From positions 496,985 to 560,984 of the forward strand of contig JADJAK010000001.1 of assembly GCA_016704275.1 (NCBI GenBank): a stretch of DNA of 64,000 nt. Direction: 5' to 3'. Both the position numbers and the translations under genes were made by a program. Shown piece after piece: positions 18,804 through 27,458 of the stretch. The stretch comes from Gemmatimonadota bacterium. Lineage in GTDB: Bacteria > Gemmatimonadota > Gemmatimonadetes > Gemmatimonadales > GWC2-71-9. A model generated the notes under the pieces. The model was not told the DNA's origin. It did not search any database and saw only the letters and a program-made list of their open reading frames with translations. The number at the start of each line of letters is the position of its first letter. The stretch's first letter is position 1.

Positions 18804-20120
18804 CTACTCCTCGCGCCGTGCCCGGTCGCCGGCAACGAGGTCGTCGAGGCCGGGCTGGAAGTCAGGCGAAGCAGTCCGCGATCCGCGGCCGCCACCGCGA
18901 CGAGAGAGCGCTGCGAGCCACGGCGGTGTCACGACCGTGGTGCCGATGACCATCAGCATCACCGCCCCGAAATGCTCGGACGTGAGCGCACCGGTCGCCA
19001 GCCCCATCTGGGCAAAGATCAATCCGACCTCGCCGCGCGGCACCATCGCGGCGCCGATCAGCGCGTGCCGAACCGGCAGCCAGAACGGGGCATAGCCCGC
19101 GACGAACTTCCCCACGATCCCGATCACCAGGAGCAGGCCGCCGAGCTGCAGCGCCGCCGGCTGCATCATCGCCGCGACGTCCACCGACGCGCCGACGGAG
19201 GCGAAGAAGATCGGCACGAAGAAGTGCCCCAGTCCGGTCGTGGCCTCTTCGATCGTGTGACGCTGCTTCGTCTCGTGCAGGATCAGCCCCGCGGCGAAGG
19301 CGCCGATGATCATCGCCGACCCGGCCAGGCCGGCGGCCGCCGCAAGGGCGAGCGCGAACGCGAGGGCGAGCGCGCCGGTGGCACCGCTGACGTGCAGGCG
19401 TGAGATCGTGGCGAAGAGTCGCGGCGCGACGAGTCGGCCGGCGAGCAACGCGACGACCAGGAAGCCGACGGCCACACCGCCGGTCTTCAGGGCGCTCGCG
19501 GTGGTGACCACGCCCCCCTCGGCGAGCGTGGCGACGATCGCAAGGATGACCAGCCCGACAACGTCATCAAGCACGGCGGCGCCGAGGACGGTCTTCCCCT
19601 CCGTGGTCTCGAGCTCGCCAAGGTCACCAAGAATGCGCGCCGAAATCCCGATCGAGGTGGCGGTGAGCGCTGCGGCACAGACGACCGAGGGCAGCATCGG
19701 CAGTCCGAGGGCCGTGGTCACGAGGTAGCCCGCAGCGAAGGGGAGCACGACGCCGATGGTCCCGACCGATGCTGCGGCCGGCCCCACCTTGAGCAGCGAG
19801 GCGAGATCGGTATGCAGCCCGATCTGGAAGAGGAGGATGACGACACCGAATTCGGCGATCATCGCCAGCATCGGATCGCCAGGGGTCACCAGGCCAAGCA
19901 GCGACGGCCCGACGAGGATGCCGGCCAGGAGTTCGCCGAGGACGGCTGGTTGGCCGACGCGCATCGCGACCCAGCCCCCGAGGCGCGCCACCGTGACCAG
20001 GGCGGCGAGGACCAGGAAGAGTCCGGTCACGGCATGTCCATCGGCGGATGGAGCCGTCGAGAAGAGTCCGAGTACGATCATACCCCCAAGGTACACTCCC
20101 GAATGGAACCCTTGCACCAT
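18804..20120 (-). CDS. cation:proton antiporter (CPA2 / Kef-type Na+/H+ exchanger family)
   Basis: About 12 TM helices. 'GQPAVLGELLAGILVGPSLLG' is the typical CPA N-terminal helix. An alternative start is at 20081 (MIVLGLF). Confidence 0.85.
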   Translation of the reverse strand: MVQGFHSGVYLGGMIVLGLFSTAPSADGHAVTGLFLVLAALVTVARLGGWVAMRVGQPAVLGELLAGILVGPSLLGLVTPGDPMLAMIAEFGVVILLFQIGLHTDLASLLKVGPAAASVGTIGVVLPFAAGYLVTTALGLPMLPSVVCAAALTATSIGISARILGDLGELETTEGKTVLGAAVLDDVVGLVILAIVATLAEGGVVTTASALKTGGVAVGFLVVALLAGRLVAPRLFATISRLHVSGATGALALAFALALAAAAGLAGSAMIIGAFAAGLILHETKQRHTIEEATTGLGHFFVPIFFASVGASVDVAAMMQPAALQLGGLLLVIGIVGKFVAGYAPFWLPVRHALIGAAMVPRGEVGLIFAQMGLATGALTSEHFGAVMLMVIGTTVVTPPWLAALSRRGGGRGSRTASPDFQPGLDDLVAGDRARREE

Positions 20121-20167
20121 GGCATTACACTTCGAAACGCGCCACGCGGTGCGTCGAGGAGATTGCG

Positions 20168-22279
20168 ATGAGCAGGGATCAGAGTTGGTTGGAACGGACC
20201 TTGTACGGGACCGGCACGCCGTCGCCCTTGGCGCGGCTGCTCGCGAAGCACGAGGGGCTCGCCTGGGCCAGCGTCGCGGGGCTGCTGCTCTTCACCAGCT
20301 GGATCGTCGAGCGGACCGCGATCTTCGCGCCGTGGGTCGCCCTCGTCGGGTACGGCCTCGTCGGCGTGATTGGCGGCCGCCAGCCGGTGCTGCACTTGGT
20401 GCGCGCGCTGCGTCGCGGCGCCTTCCACCTCGACATCGACTTCCTGATGGTCGTCGCCGCGATCGGGGCGGCCAGCGTCGGCGCGTGGGCGGAAGGTGCC
20501 TTCCTGCTCTTTCTCTTTGCGCTGGCGAATGCGCTGGAGGAATACGCCCTCGACCGCGCACGGTCGGCGATCCGCAATCTGGCCGATCTGGCACCGGCGC
20601 AGGCGCGCCTGCTGCGCGACGGGGTCGAAGTGGAGATCCCGGTCGAGCAGGTGCGCATCGGCGATGTGCTGGTCGTTCGTCCCGCCGAGCGGCTCCCGGC
20701 GGACGGCACGGTACGGACCGGCCGATCGGCCATCAACCAGGCGCCGATCACCGGCGAATCGGTGCCGGTGGAGAAGGAGCCCGGCGATGAGGTGTTTGCC
20801 GGCACGGTGAATGGTGACGGTGCGCTCGAGATCACCGCGACGCGCGCGGTCGGTGACCGGACACTCGACCGCGTCATCCGACTGGTCGAGGAAGCGCAGG
20901 CGGCGAAGGCACCGGTCCAGCGGATCACCGAACGGTTCGAACGGATCTTCGTGCCTGGCGTCGTGGTCGCCGACATCCTGCTGATCGTGGTGCCCGGACT
21001 GATGGGGTGGATGCCGTGGGGCGAGAGCCTCTATCGCGGCATGACGGTGCTGGTCGCCGCCTCGCCCTGCGCGATCGCCCTCGGCGCGCCGGCGGCGATG
21101 CTCGCCGGCATCGCGCAGGCGGCAAAGCACGGCATCCTGCTGAAGGGCGGCGCCTCGCTTGAGGCACTCGCCACCGTCCGCGCCGTCGCCTTCGACAAGA
21201 CGGGCACGCTCACCATCGGGCGCCCCGAGGTGACCGACGTGACCCCGATGCCCGGCGTCACCGTCCCGGAGCTCCTCGGCATTGCAGCGGCGGTCGAAGC
21301 GCGGTCACAGCATCCGCTGGCCCAGGCGGTGGTGCGACGTGCGGCGGCGGACGGCGTGACGCTGCCCGCCGCCGGCGAGTTGCAGAGCATGACGGCGCGG
21401 GGTGTGCGCGCCGACGTCGCCGGCCTGCCCGTGCTGATCGGCAGTGCGCGGCTCTGGACGGACGACGGCGTCGCCTTCCCGGCCGAGATCACGGCGGCGT
21501 TGGCGGAGATGAGTGCCCGCGGCCGCAGCATGATGATCGTCCGCCACGGCGACCGCTGGCTCGGCGTGCTGGGGCTCCTCGATCCGCCGCGGCCGTCGGT
21601 CCACGCCACGCTGGAGCGACTGCGGGCGTTGCACCTCAAGCCGTTGGTGATGCTTACCGGCGACCACCGGGGTGTCGGCGAGGCGATCGGGCGGGAAGTG
21701 GGCGTCGACGAGGTGCGCGCCGACCTCCTTCCCGAGGACAAGGTCACCGCCATCCACGAGCTGATGGCCGCGCATGGCACAATGGTGATGGTGGGCGACG
21801 GCGTGAATGACGCGCCGGCACTCGCTGCGTCGACGGTGGGGATCGCGATGGGCGGCGCCGGCACCGCGGCCGCGCTCGAGACTGCCGACGCCGCCCTCAT
21901 GGGTGACGATCTGGCCCGCCTCCCCTGGGCAATCGGTTTGGCCAGGGCCACGCGACGGATCGTCTTCCAGAATCTGGCGATCGCCGGCGGCGTCATGCTC
22001 GTCCTGCTGATCCTCGCGGCCAGCGGCATCCTCACCATTGGCCCCGCCGTGATCGGCCATGAGGGGAGCACGTTGGTGGTGATCGCGAATGCGCTGCGGT
22101 TGCTGGCGCATAGAGTAGCGAAGGGAAGATCGAACAGGGGATCGATGATCCCATCGCGTCACCCCTACCCCAGCCGCCCGCCGTCGACTCCACGCCCTCG
22201 TCGCCGCCTGGAAATTCGCCGCAACTGCCATGGCCGGTCCGCCACACGGTCCCGGCACGGCGGGAGGACGAGCCCGTGA
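20168..22279 (+). CDS. heavy-metal translocating P1B-type ATPase (SPC motif, no N-terminal HMA domain; P1B-4-like)
   Basis: 'DKTGTLT' phosphorylation site, 'ITGESVPVEK', TM6 'AASPCA', 'MLTGD', 'VGDGVNDAPAL'. Start at 'MSRDQSW'. The last ~55 codons (RSNRGS...RRRLEIRR) look like read-through. Confidence 0.9.
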   Translation: MSRDQSWLERTLYGTGTPSPLARLLAKHEGLAWASVAGLLLFTSWIVERTAIFAPWVALVGYGLVGVIGGRQPVLHLVRALRRGAFHLDIDFLMVVAAIGAASVGAWAEGAFLLFLFALANALEEYALDRARSAIRNLADLAPAQARLLRDGVEVEIPVEQVRIGDVLVVRPAERLPADGTVRTGRSAINQAPITGESVPVEKEPGDEVFAGTVNGDGALEITATRAVGDRTLDRVIRLVEEAQAAKAPVQRITERFERIFVPGVVVADILLIVVPGLMGWMPWGESLYRGMTVLVAASPCAIALGAPAAMLAGIAQAAKHGILLKGGASLEALATVRAVAFDKTGTLTIGRPEVTDVTPMPGVTVPELLGIAAAVEARSQHPLAQAVVRRAAADGVTLPAAGELQSMTARGVRADVAGLPVLIGSARLWTDDGVAFPAEITAALAEMSARGRSMMIVRHGDRWLGVLGLLDPPRPSVHATLERLRALHLKPLVMLTGDHRGVGEAIGREVGVDEVRADLLPEDKVTAIHELMAAHGTMVMVGDGVNDAPALAASTVGIAMGGAGTAAALETADAALMGDDLARLPWAIGLARATRRIVFQNLAIAGGVMLVLLILAASGILTIGPAVIGHEGSTLVVIANALRLLAHRVAKGRSNRGSMIPSRHPYPSRPPSTPRPRRRLEIRRNCHGRSATRSRHGGRTSP

Positions 22280-22371
22280 CGCTTCGAGTCGGGCGGCCGC
22301 GCGCAGCACTGCGACGGCGGAATCGGGGAGGCCACTCCCCTGCAGGAAGAGGGCGCGCGCCTGCGGCTCGA

Positions 22372-22783
22372 TCAACTGGAGTTCGACCGACTGCGGGTTG
22401 GCCTTTCGAAGGGCGGCGAGTGCTCGGCTTCCTTCCGGACTTCGACGGTGAAGCCATGATTCCACGCGTCGACCGCCCACGCCAGCAGGGTCAAGGGATG
22501 CGAGGTCATTTCCGCCGTGCGTTCGCCCCACGGGACTTGGTCGAAGAGCCCGACGGTGAACTGCCAGTCGAGTTCGATCTCCTTCTTCCGGCGCCGCTGC
22601 TCCAGCGATGCGTCGGCGGGCAGGAGTCGAGTCTGCTGCTGCAACCAGCGGATGGACTCCTTCCACTGGCCCTGCTGCACGCGGGCGTACTGCTCCGTGA
22701 CCCCATCCTGGGCAGTCGCGGGAGCGGCGAGGAGCAGCAGGATACGGAAGTGCCCCGAGGAGGGGCCAGCGGGGTGATCGCAT
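22372..22783 (-). pseudogene. hypothetical secreted protein, reading frame apparently disrupted
   Basis: The ATG at 22783 opens a junk-like frame. One base later, the adjacent frame encodes a good signal peptide 'HFRILLLLAAPATAQD' and the protein-like 'QYARVQQGQWKESIRWLQQQ...TLLAWAVDAWNHGFTVE'. It has no start codon of its own. Removing one C from the CCCC run after the ATG would join them. Confidence 0.35.
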
Positions 22784-22899
22784 CCGGAATCCAGGGCAGG
22801 GGGTTCCGGAATATCGGCCTTGGTACCGATCGCCGCTACGCTTCCCCTCGCCCCCCTCCCCGGCGATCCTTCCTGCATCCCGTTCCGTGCGAGGCCCGC

Positions 22900-24015
22900 A
22901 TGCCCCAGTTGGGCGAGACCATTCGTGCCGCAGTCATCGACTCCCCCAATGCGCCGGTCCGCGTCGTCAACTTCGGCGCGCCGACATTGGCACCGGGGTC
23001 GGCGCTCTTGCGCACCTCCTACTCGGAAGTGTGCGGCACCGATGTGCACATCTGGCGGGGCCGCATGCCGGGGGTGCCGTTCCCGATCATTCCCGGGCAC
23101 GTCAGCGTCGGCGTCCTCGCCGCGGTGAGTGGCAAGCTGCTCGACATCCACGGCGCGCGCTTCAAGGAAGGCGACCTGGTCACCTTTCTCGACGTCCATG
23201 GGACCTGCGGCAACTGCTGGTATTGCCTCGTCGCGAAGCAGACCACGCGCTGCCCGCATCGGCGCGTCTACGGCATCACCTACGGCGTCGACGACGGCCT
23301 GCTCGGCGGATGGTCCGAGGCGATCTGGATGAAGCCCGGCCTCAAGATGATTCGCATCCCGACCGGCCTCCGGCCGGAGACCTTCATCGGGGGCGGCTGC
23401 GGCCTGGTGACCGCAGTGCACGTGATGGACCGCGCTGATGTGCAGCTCGGGCAGACGGTCGTGGTGCTTGGCGTCGGTCCGGTGGGGCAGTCGATCATCG
23501 CCCTGTCGGCACAGGCCGGCGCCGGGCAGGTGATCGGCATCGGTGAACCGGTCGATCGGCTGGCCTACGCCAAGCGGATGGGGGCGACGCATGTGATCGG
23601 ACTCGACTTGCCGCCCGCCGATCGGGTGGCCGAAGTTCGCCGGATGACCCAAGGCCGCGGCGCGGACATCGTGATCGAGGCGACCGGTGCGCCGGCGGCA
23701 GTCACGCAGGCACTCGACCTGGTGCGCGATGGCGGCCGCGTGGTGGTCTGTGGCCAGTATTCCGACCACGGCGACACCCCGATCAATCCGCATCGGCAGA
23801 TCAATCGCACCCACGTGGAGATCCGCGGGGTCTGGGGTTCCGACTACTCGCATTTCCATCGGGCCGTCGAATTCGCCACGCACTGGGGTGACCGCATCCC
23901 CTGGGCCGAACAGGTCTCGGGCCGCTATCCGCTCGAGCGGGTGCAGGAGGCACTCGAAGCGGTCGAACAGCGCCGCGTGCTCAAGGCACTGGTGGTGCCG
24001 GGCGCCTCGGCGTGA
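22900..24015 (+). CDS. zinc-dependent alcohol dehydrogenase family (MDR) oxidoreductase
   Basis: 'SEVCGTDVHIWRG...PGHVSVG', structural Zn 'CGNCWYCLVAKQTTRC', Rossmann 'VLGVGPVGQ'. Only the last 371 codons of ORF 22276..24015 are coding. Stop overlaps the next start (GTGA). Confidence 0.88.
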   Translation: MPQLGETIRAAVIDSPNAPVRVVNFGAPTLAPGSALLRTSYSEVCGTDVHIWRGRMPGVPFPIIPGHVSVGVLAAVSGKLLDIHGARFKEGDLVTFLDVHGTCGNCWYCLVAKQTTRCPHRRVYGITYGVDDGLLGGWSEAIWMKPGLKMIRIPTGLRPETFIGGGCGLVTAVHVMDRADVQLGQTVVVLGVGPVGQSIIALSAQAGAGQVIGIGEPVDRLAYAKRMGATHVIGLDLPPADRVAEVRRMTQGRGADIVIEATGAPAAVTQALDLVRDGGRVVVCGQYSDHGDTPINPHRQINRTHVEIRGVWGSDYSHFHRAVEFATHWGDRIPWAEQVSGRYPLERVQEALEAVEQRRVLKALVVPGASA

Positions 24016-25931
24016 CCTCAGCTGACCATTCCCGCCCTGCCACCGAAGCGCTCGCGGCATGGTTCCTCGGACCCGGCGGCGAGAACGCTGCGGAGCTCGA
24101 ACAGCTGGCCGCCGAGGCCATCCGCGACCACGTCGACTGGCGGCGTGCGTTCCACCCGGAAGACGGTGCCGTCCTCTCGCCCGAGCGAATCGCCGCGCCA
24201 GGCGCTGAAGCCGCGCGCACCCTCTTGGCCCGTGAGTTCCGCTCGCTGCTGGTCGCACTCAAGCGCGATGTCCCCTTCTACAGCGGGCGCTACCTCGGGC
24301 ACATGCTCGGTGAGCAGACGCTGGCCGCGCAGCTGGGCTATCTCGCGGCGATGCTCTACAACCCGAACAACGTCGCGGCCGAAGTGTCGCCAGTCACCAC
24401 GCGGCTGGAAGTGGAGGTGGCCGAACAGCTCGCGGCGATGATTGGCTATCCCGCCGGCGCGTCGTGGGGCCACCTCACCTCCGGCGGGACGATCGCGAAC
24501 TTCGAGGCGCTGTGGATCGCGCGGAGCATCCGCTATCACGGCGTGGCGCTGGCGCTGGCTGCGGCCGGCGCCGCCGTTTCGCTGATGGTTCGCCTGCCGG
24601 ACGGCACGCGTCGCGACCTGCGGGACCTTTCGCTCTGGCAGCTGCTCAATCTCGAACCGACCGAAACGCTCGATGCCGACCGTGAACTGCATCGGCTGCT
24701 TCCACCGGCCGAGGCGCGTGCGGCGCTCGACGCGCATTCGCTCGCCACGATCGGCTATCAGGACTACGCGCGCCAGCTCTCGAGTGCGTACGGCGATGCC
24801 CTGGCGCCAGGTGTCGTGCTGGTGGCCTCGACGGCGCACTACTCCTGGGAGAAGATCACCCGGGCGCTTGGCATCGGCGGGCACTGCATGCTGGCGGTGC
24901 CGGTTGATGCGCACGCGCGGATGGACCCGGCCGCGCTTTGGAGCATCCTGCAGGAGTGCGCGGCCACGCGAACGCCGGTGCTGGCGCTCGTGAGTGTCTG
25001 CGGCAGCACGGAGGAAGGGGCGGTCGACCAGCTCGACCAGATCGCCGAGGTGCGTGCTCGCGCCGCCCACGACCTGGGCCTCACCTTTCACTGGCACGCC
25101 GACGCCTGCTTCGGAGGCTACGCCGCCTCGGTGACGCGCGCGGCCGATGGCACGCGGCGGAGCGGCACAACGATCCGCGCTGCGACCGGGATCTCATGGC
25201 CCTCGGATGCCTGGGTCGCCGCGATGACGGCGCTCGAACAGACCGACTCGGTCACCATCGATCCGCACAAGCTCGGCTACATCCCCTATCCGGCCGGGGC
25301 GTTCCTCCTCCGCGATCGACGCGCGCGCGCCCTCGTCGCGATCGACCCGCCCTACCTCTCCCAACCGACCCACGACGCGCGCGACGACGAGCGATTCCTC
25401 GGTCGCTGGATACTCGAGGGGTCAAAGCCGGGGGCGGCGGCGGCTGCGGTGTGGCTGTCCCATCGTGTGGTGCCACTCGACGAGCGGGGGTATGGCACCA
25501 TCATCGCACGCGCCGTCGCCGGCGCACACCGATTGCACGAGGCGCTCGAGGTGCCCGGCGCCGTGCGACTGTCCGTGCCCGACCTTTCGGTGGTCAACTG
25601 GGTGATGACGAGCCCAGTGGTGCACGGCATCGAGGCGCTCAACGCGATGAACGAATCGGTCTACCGCCAGCTGTCGCCGGGTGACGAGACGCCGAACTAC
25701 TACATCACGCGGACGCGGCTCGCCTCACCCTCGGCCGACGGGATTGTCCTGCCGTTGCTGGGGGCGCTGGGCGTGTCGGACGCCGAGTGGCGACGCCACG
25801 GCCTGGTCGTGCTGCGAGCGGTGGTGATGACGCCGTACCTCGTCGATCCGCCGGGAACGGCCGATCACTGCGCCGGGCTGGTCGCCGCGCTGCGGGCAGC
25901 CACCCTGCGCGCGGCGGCCGAAGTCAGCTGA
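24012..25931 (+). CDS. pyridoxal-dependent decarboxylase (group II, large ~640-aa form)
   Basis: 'HLTSGGTIANFEALWIAR', 'CGSTEEGAVD', PLP-lysine block 'SVTIDPHKLGYIPYPAGAFLLRD'. Confidence 0.85.
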   Translation: MTSADHSRPATEALAAWFLGPGGENAAELEQLAAEAIRDHVDWRRAFHPEDGAVLSPERIAAPGAEAARTLLAREFRSLLVALKRDVPFYSGRYLGHMLGEQTLAAQLGYLAAMLYNPNNVAAEVSPVTTRLEVEVAEQLAAMIGYPAGASWGHLTSGGTIANFEALWIARSIRYHGVALALAAAGAAVSLMVRLPDGTRRDLRDLSLWQLLNLEPTETLDADRELHRLLPPAEARAALDAHSLATIGYQDYARQLSSAYGDALAPGVVLVASTAHYSWEKITRALGIGGHCMLAVPVDAHARMDPAALWSILQECAATRTPVLALVSVCGSTEEGAVDQLDQIAEVRARAAHDLGLTFHWHADACFGGYAASVTRAADGTRRSGTTIRAATGISWPSDAWVAAMTALEQTDSVTIDPHKLGYIPYPAGAFLLRDRRARALVAIDPPYLSQPTHDARDDERFLGRWILEGSKPGAAAAAVWLSHRVVPLDERGYGTIIARAVAGAHRLHEALEVPGAVRLSVPDLSVVNWVMTSPVVHGIEALNAMNESVYRQLSPGDETPNYYITRTRLASPSADGIVLPLLGALGVSDAEWRRHGLVVLRAVVMTPYLVDPPGTADHCAGLVAALRAATLRAAAEVS

Positions 25932-27342
25932 AGAGCGGGCGCGGCTCGCTGGGCCCGACGCCGAGCCAGGCGCAGATGACCGGGTAAAGGTCAACGGTGC
26001 GGAGTGGACCGGACGGGAGCGGCCGGTTCGACCACGCCGGGGTCAGCATGTGGCCGGCGATCAACGAGCCGTGCCCGGATTTGTGCTCCGGATATTCCCA
26101 TGCCTCGCGGAAGTCCCACCCCTCGGCGGCTGCGATCACGAGGTCGCCGGTGCGCGGCGCCTGGAATTGATCGAGCAGCGAGACCGGCCCATCGGGAAAG
26201 GGGCCGTCGATCGTGCGCGCCAACCACTCGCGATGATCATGCGTCGCATCGGCGCCGATCACCAGGGGATCACCGCTCTCGCGCGTGTAATGAATCGCCT
26301 CGCCGTCGCGGCGGAGCGTCGCCTCGCCAGCCGCCGAGGCCACCCGTACGCCACCGCCCGGTTCCGCACCCGCCACCAGTGCAATCCCCGCCTCGGCAGT
26401 GAGTGACGCGACCGCGTCGCCGGCGATGCCGAGGGCGCCCGGGGTGCGGAGCATCGAGAGTGGATGCCGTGCCGCGCGTGGGACGTTGGGTGTGGCGTAG
26501 ACGGCGGCCTGCGCGTTGCCCGCCACCATCACCGCGACCTGCGGGTCCCGAGTCCAGAGGACCGGATGCGCCAGCGTCCGCGCGCCACGCTTCCGGAACC
26601 AGGTGGCAAGGTCGAGGTGGTGGTGCACCGGGGCCGCGCCGTGGTCGCTCACGATCATGATCAGCGTGTCGTCGAGCCGGCCGAGGGCACGCAGCCGCTC
26701 GGTGAGCGCGCCGATGGTGGCGTCGACCTTTCGGAGCGAGTCGAGCACGCGGGGCGCGTCGGGGGTGGCGGCGTGGGTGTGGCCATCGACGGCGGGGAAC
26801 TGCGCAAAGCAGAACCGCCAATCGCCGCCCGCCTGTGCCAGCAATTCGGCGGCGACCGCGTCGTCGCCCGGCTGGTGGTTCTCGGTGTAGTGCGAGATGG
26901 TCCCCCAGAACTTCCGAGCGCCCTGGATCCTGTCGGCCTCCGTCGGGAGGCCGCGGGTGATCATCGAGAAGATCGCGATGCTCTCCGGCACCAGCTCGAA
27001 GATCGTGGCCACGTCGGGCGCGATGTCGCGATTCAGGTGCCCCGCCTGCCAGCCGCAGTAGCTGCGCACCGCGTCGCGGTCGGCCCACCAGCGGCCGGTA
27101 TAGGCCTCGCGATCGAGCCAGCGAATGGACGGGACGTTGCAGCGCCCGGGCAACGCGCCGGTCAGGAAGGGGAGATAGGCCACGCTGGTCGTGGATGGGA
27201 AAGCCGTGGCCGCACGCGACCGCGTGCCACCCGCCGTCAGGGCGGCAAGGTGCGGCAGGTGGCCCGCGGCGAGTTCGCGCTCGGCGACATCGGCCCGGAG
27301 GCCATCGATCAGGAGGAGGAGGACGCGTTTCACGGCGGGCAT
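25924..27342 (-). CDS. alkaline-phosphatase-superfamily nucleotide pyrophosphatase/phosphodiesterase (NPP-like)
   Basis: 'VLLLLIDGLRADV', 'FPSTTSVAYLPFLTG', 'DGHTHA', 'MIVSDHG'. These are the metal and nucleophile motifs of PF01663-type enzymes. Confidence 0.82.
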   Translation of the reverse strand: MPAVKRVLLLLIDGLRADVAERELAAGHLPHLAALTAGGTRSRAATAFPSTTSVAYLPFLTGALPGRCNVPSIRWLDREAYTGRWWADRDAVRSYCGWQAGHLNRDIAPDVATIFELVPESIAIFSMITRGLPTEADRIQGARKFWGTISHYTENHQPGDDAVAAELLAQAGGDWRFCFAQFPAVDGHTHAATPDAPRVLDSLRKVDATIGALTERLRALGRLDDTLIMIVSDHGAAPVHHHLDLATWFRKRGARTLAHPVLWTRDPQVAVMVAGNAQAAVYATPNVPRAARHPLSMLRTPGALGIAGDAVASLTAEAGIALVAGAEPGGGVRVASAAGEATLRRDGEAIHYTRESGDPLVIGADATHDHREWLARTIDGPFPDGPVSLLDQFQAPRTGDLVIAAAEGWDFREAWEYPEHKSGHGSLIAGHMLTPAWSNRPLPSGPLRTVDLYPVICAWLGVGPSEPRPLFS

Positions 27343-27348
27343 TTTAAC

Positions 27349-27405
27349 GCGAGAAGCGAGCAGCGAGAAGCGAGAGCGGAGTCGTAAGTCGGTCGTAGGT
27401 CGAGG
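27349..27405. repeat. two abutting 7-nt periodic arrays in a divergent promoter region
   Basis: GCGAGAA-GCGAGCA-GCGAGAA-GCGAGAG (27349-27376), then GTCGTAA-GTCG-GTCGTAG-GTCGAGG (27381-27405). Confidence 0.8.
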
Positions 27406-27458
27406 GGCAGGGGCCGGGCCCGGGTATACTCCAGCACCCCCCTGACACAGGATGTTGC

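Noticed and set aside
27343-27458. Mn2+ (yybP-ykoY) riboswitch upstream of the Nramp gene
   Set aside because: The region is dominated by heptamer repeats and a TATACT box. No match to the conserved riboswitch helices was evident by eye.
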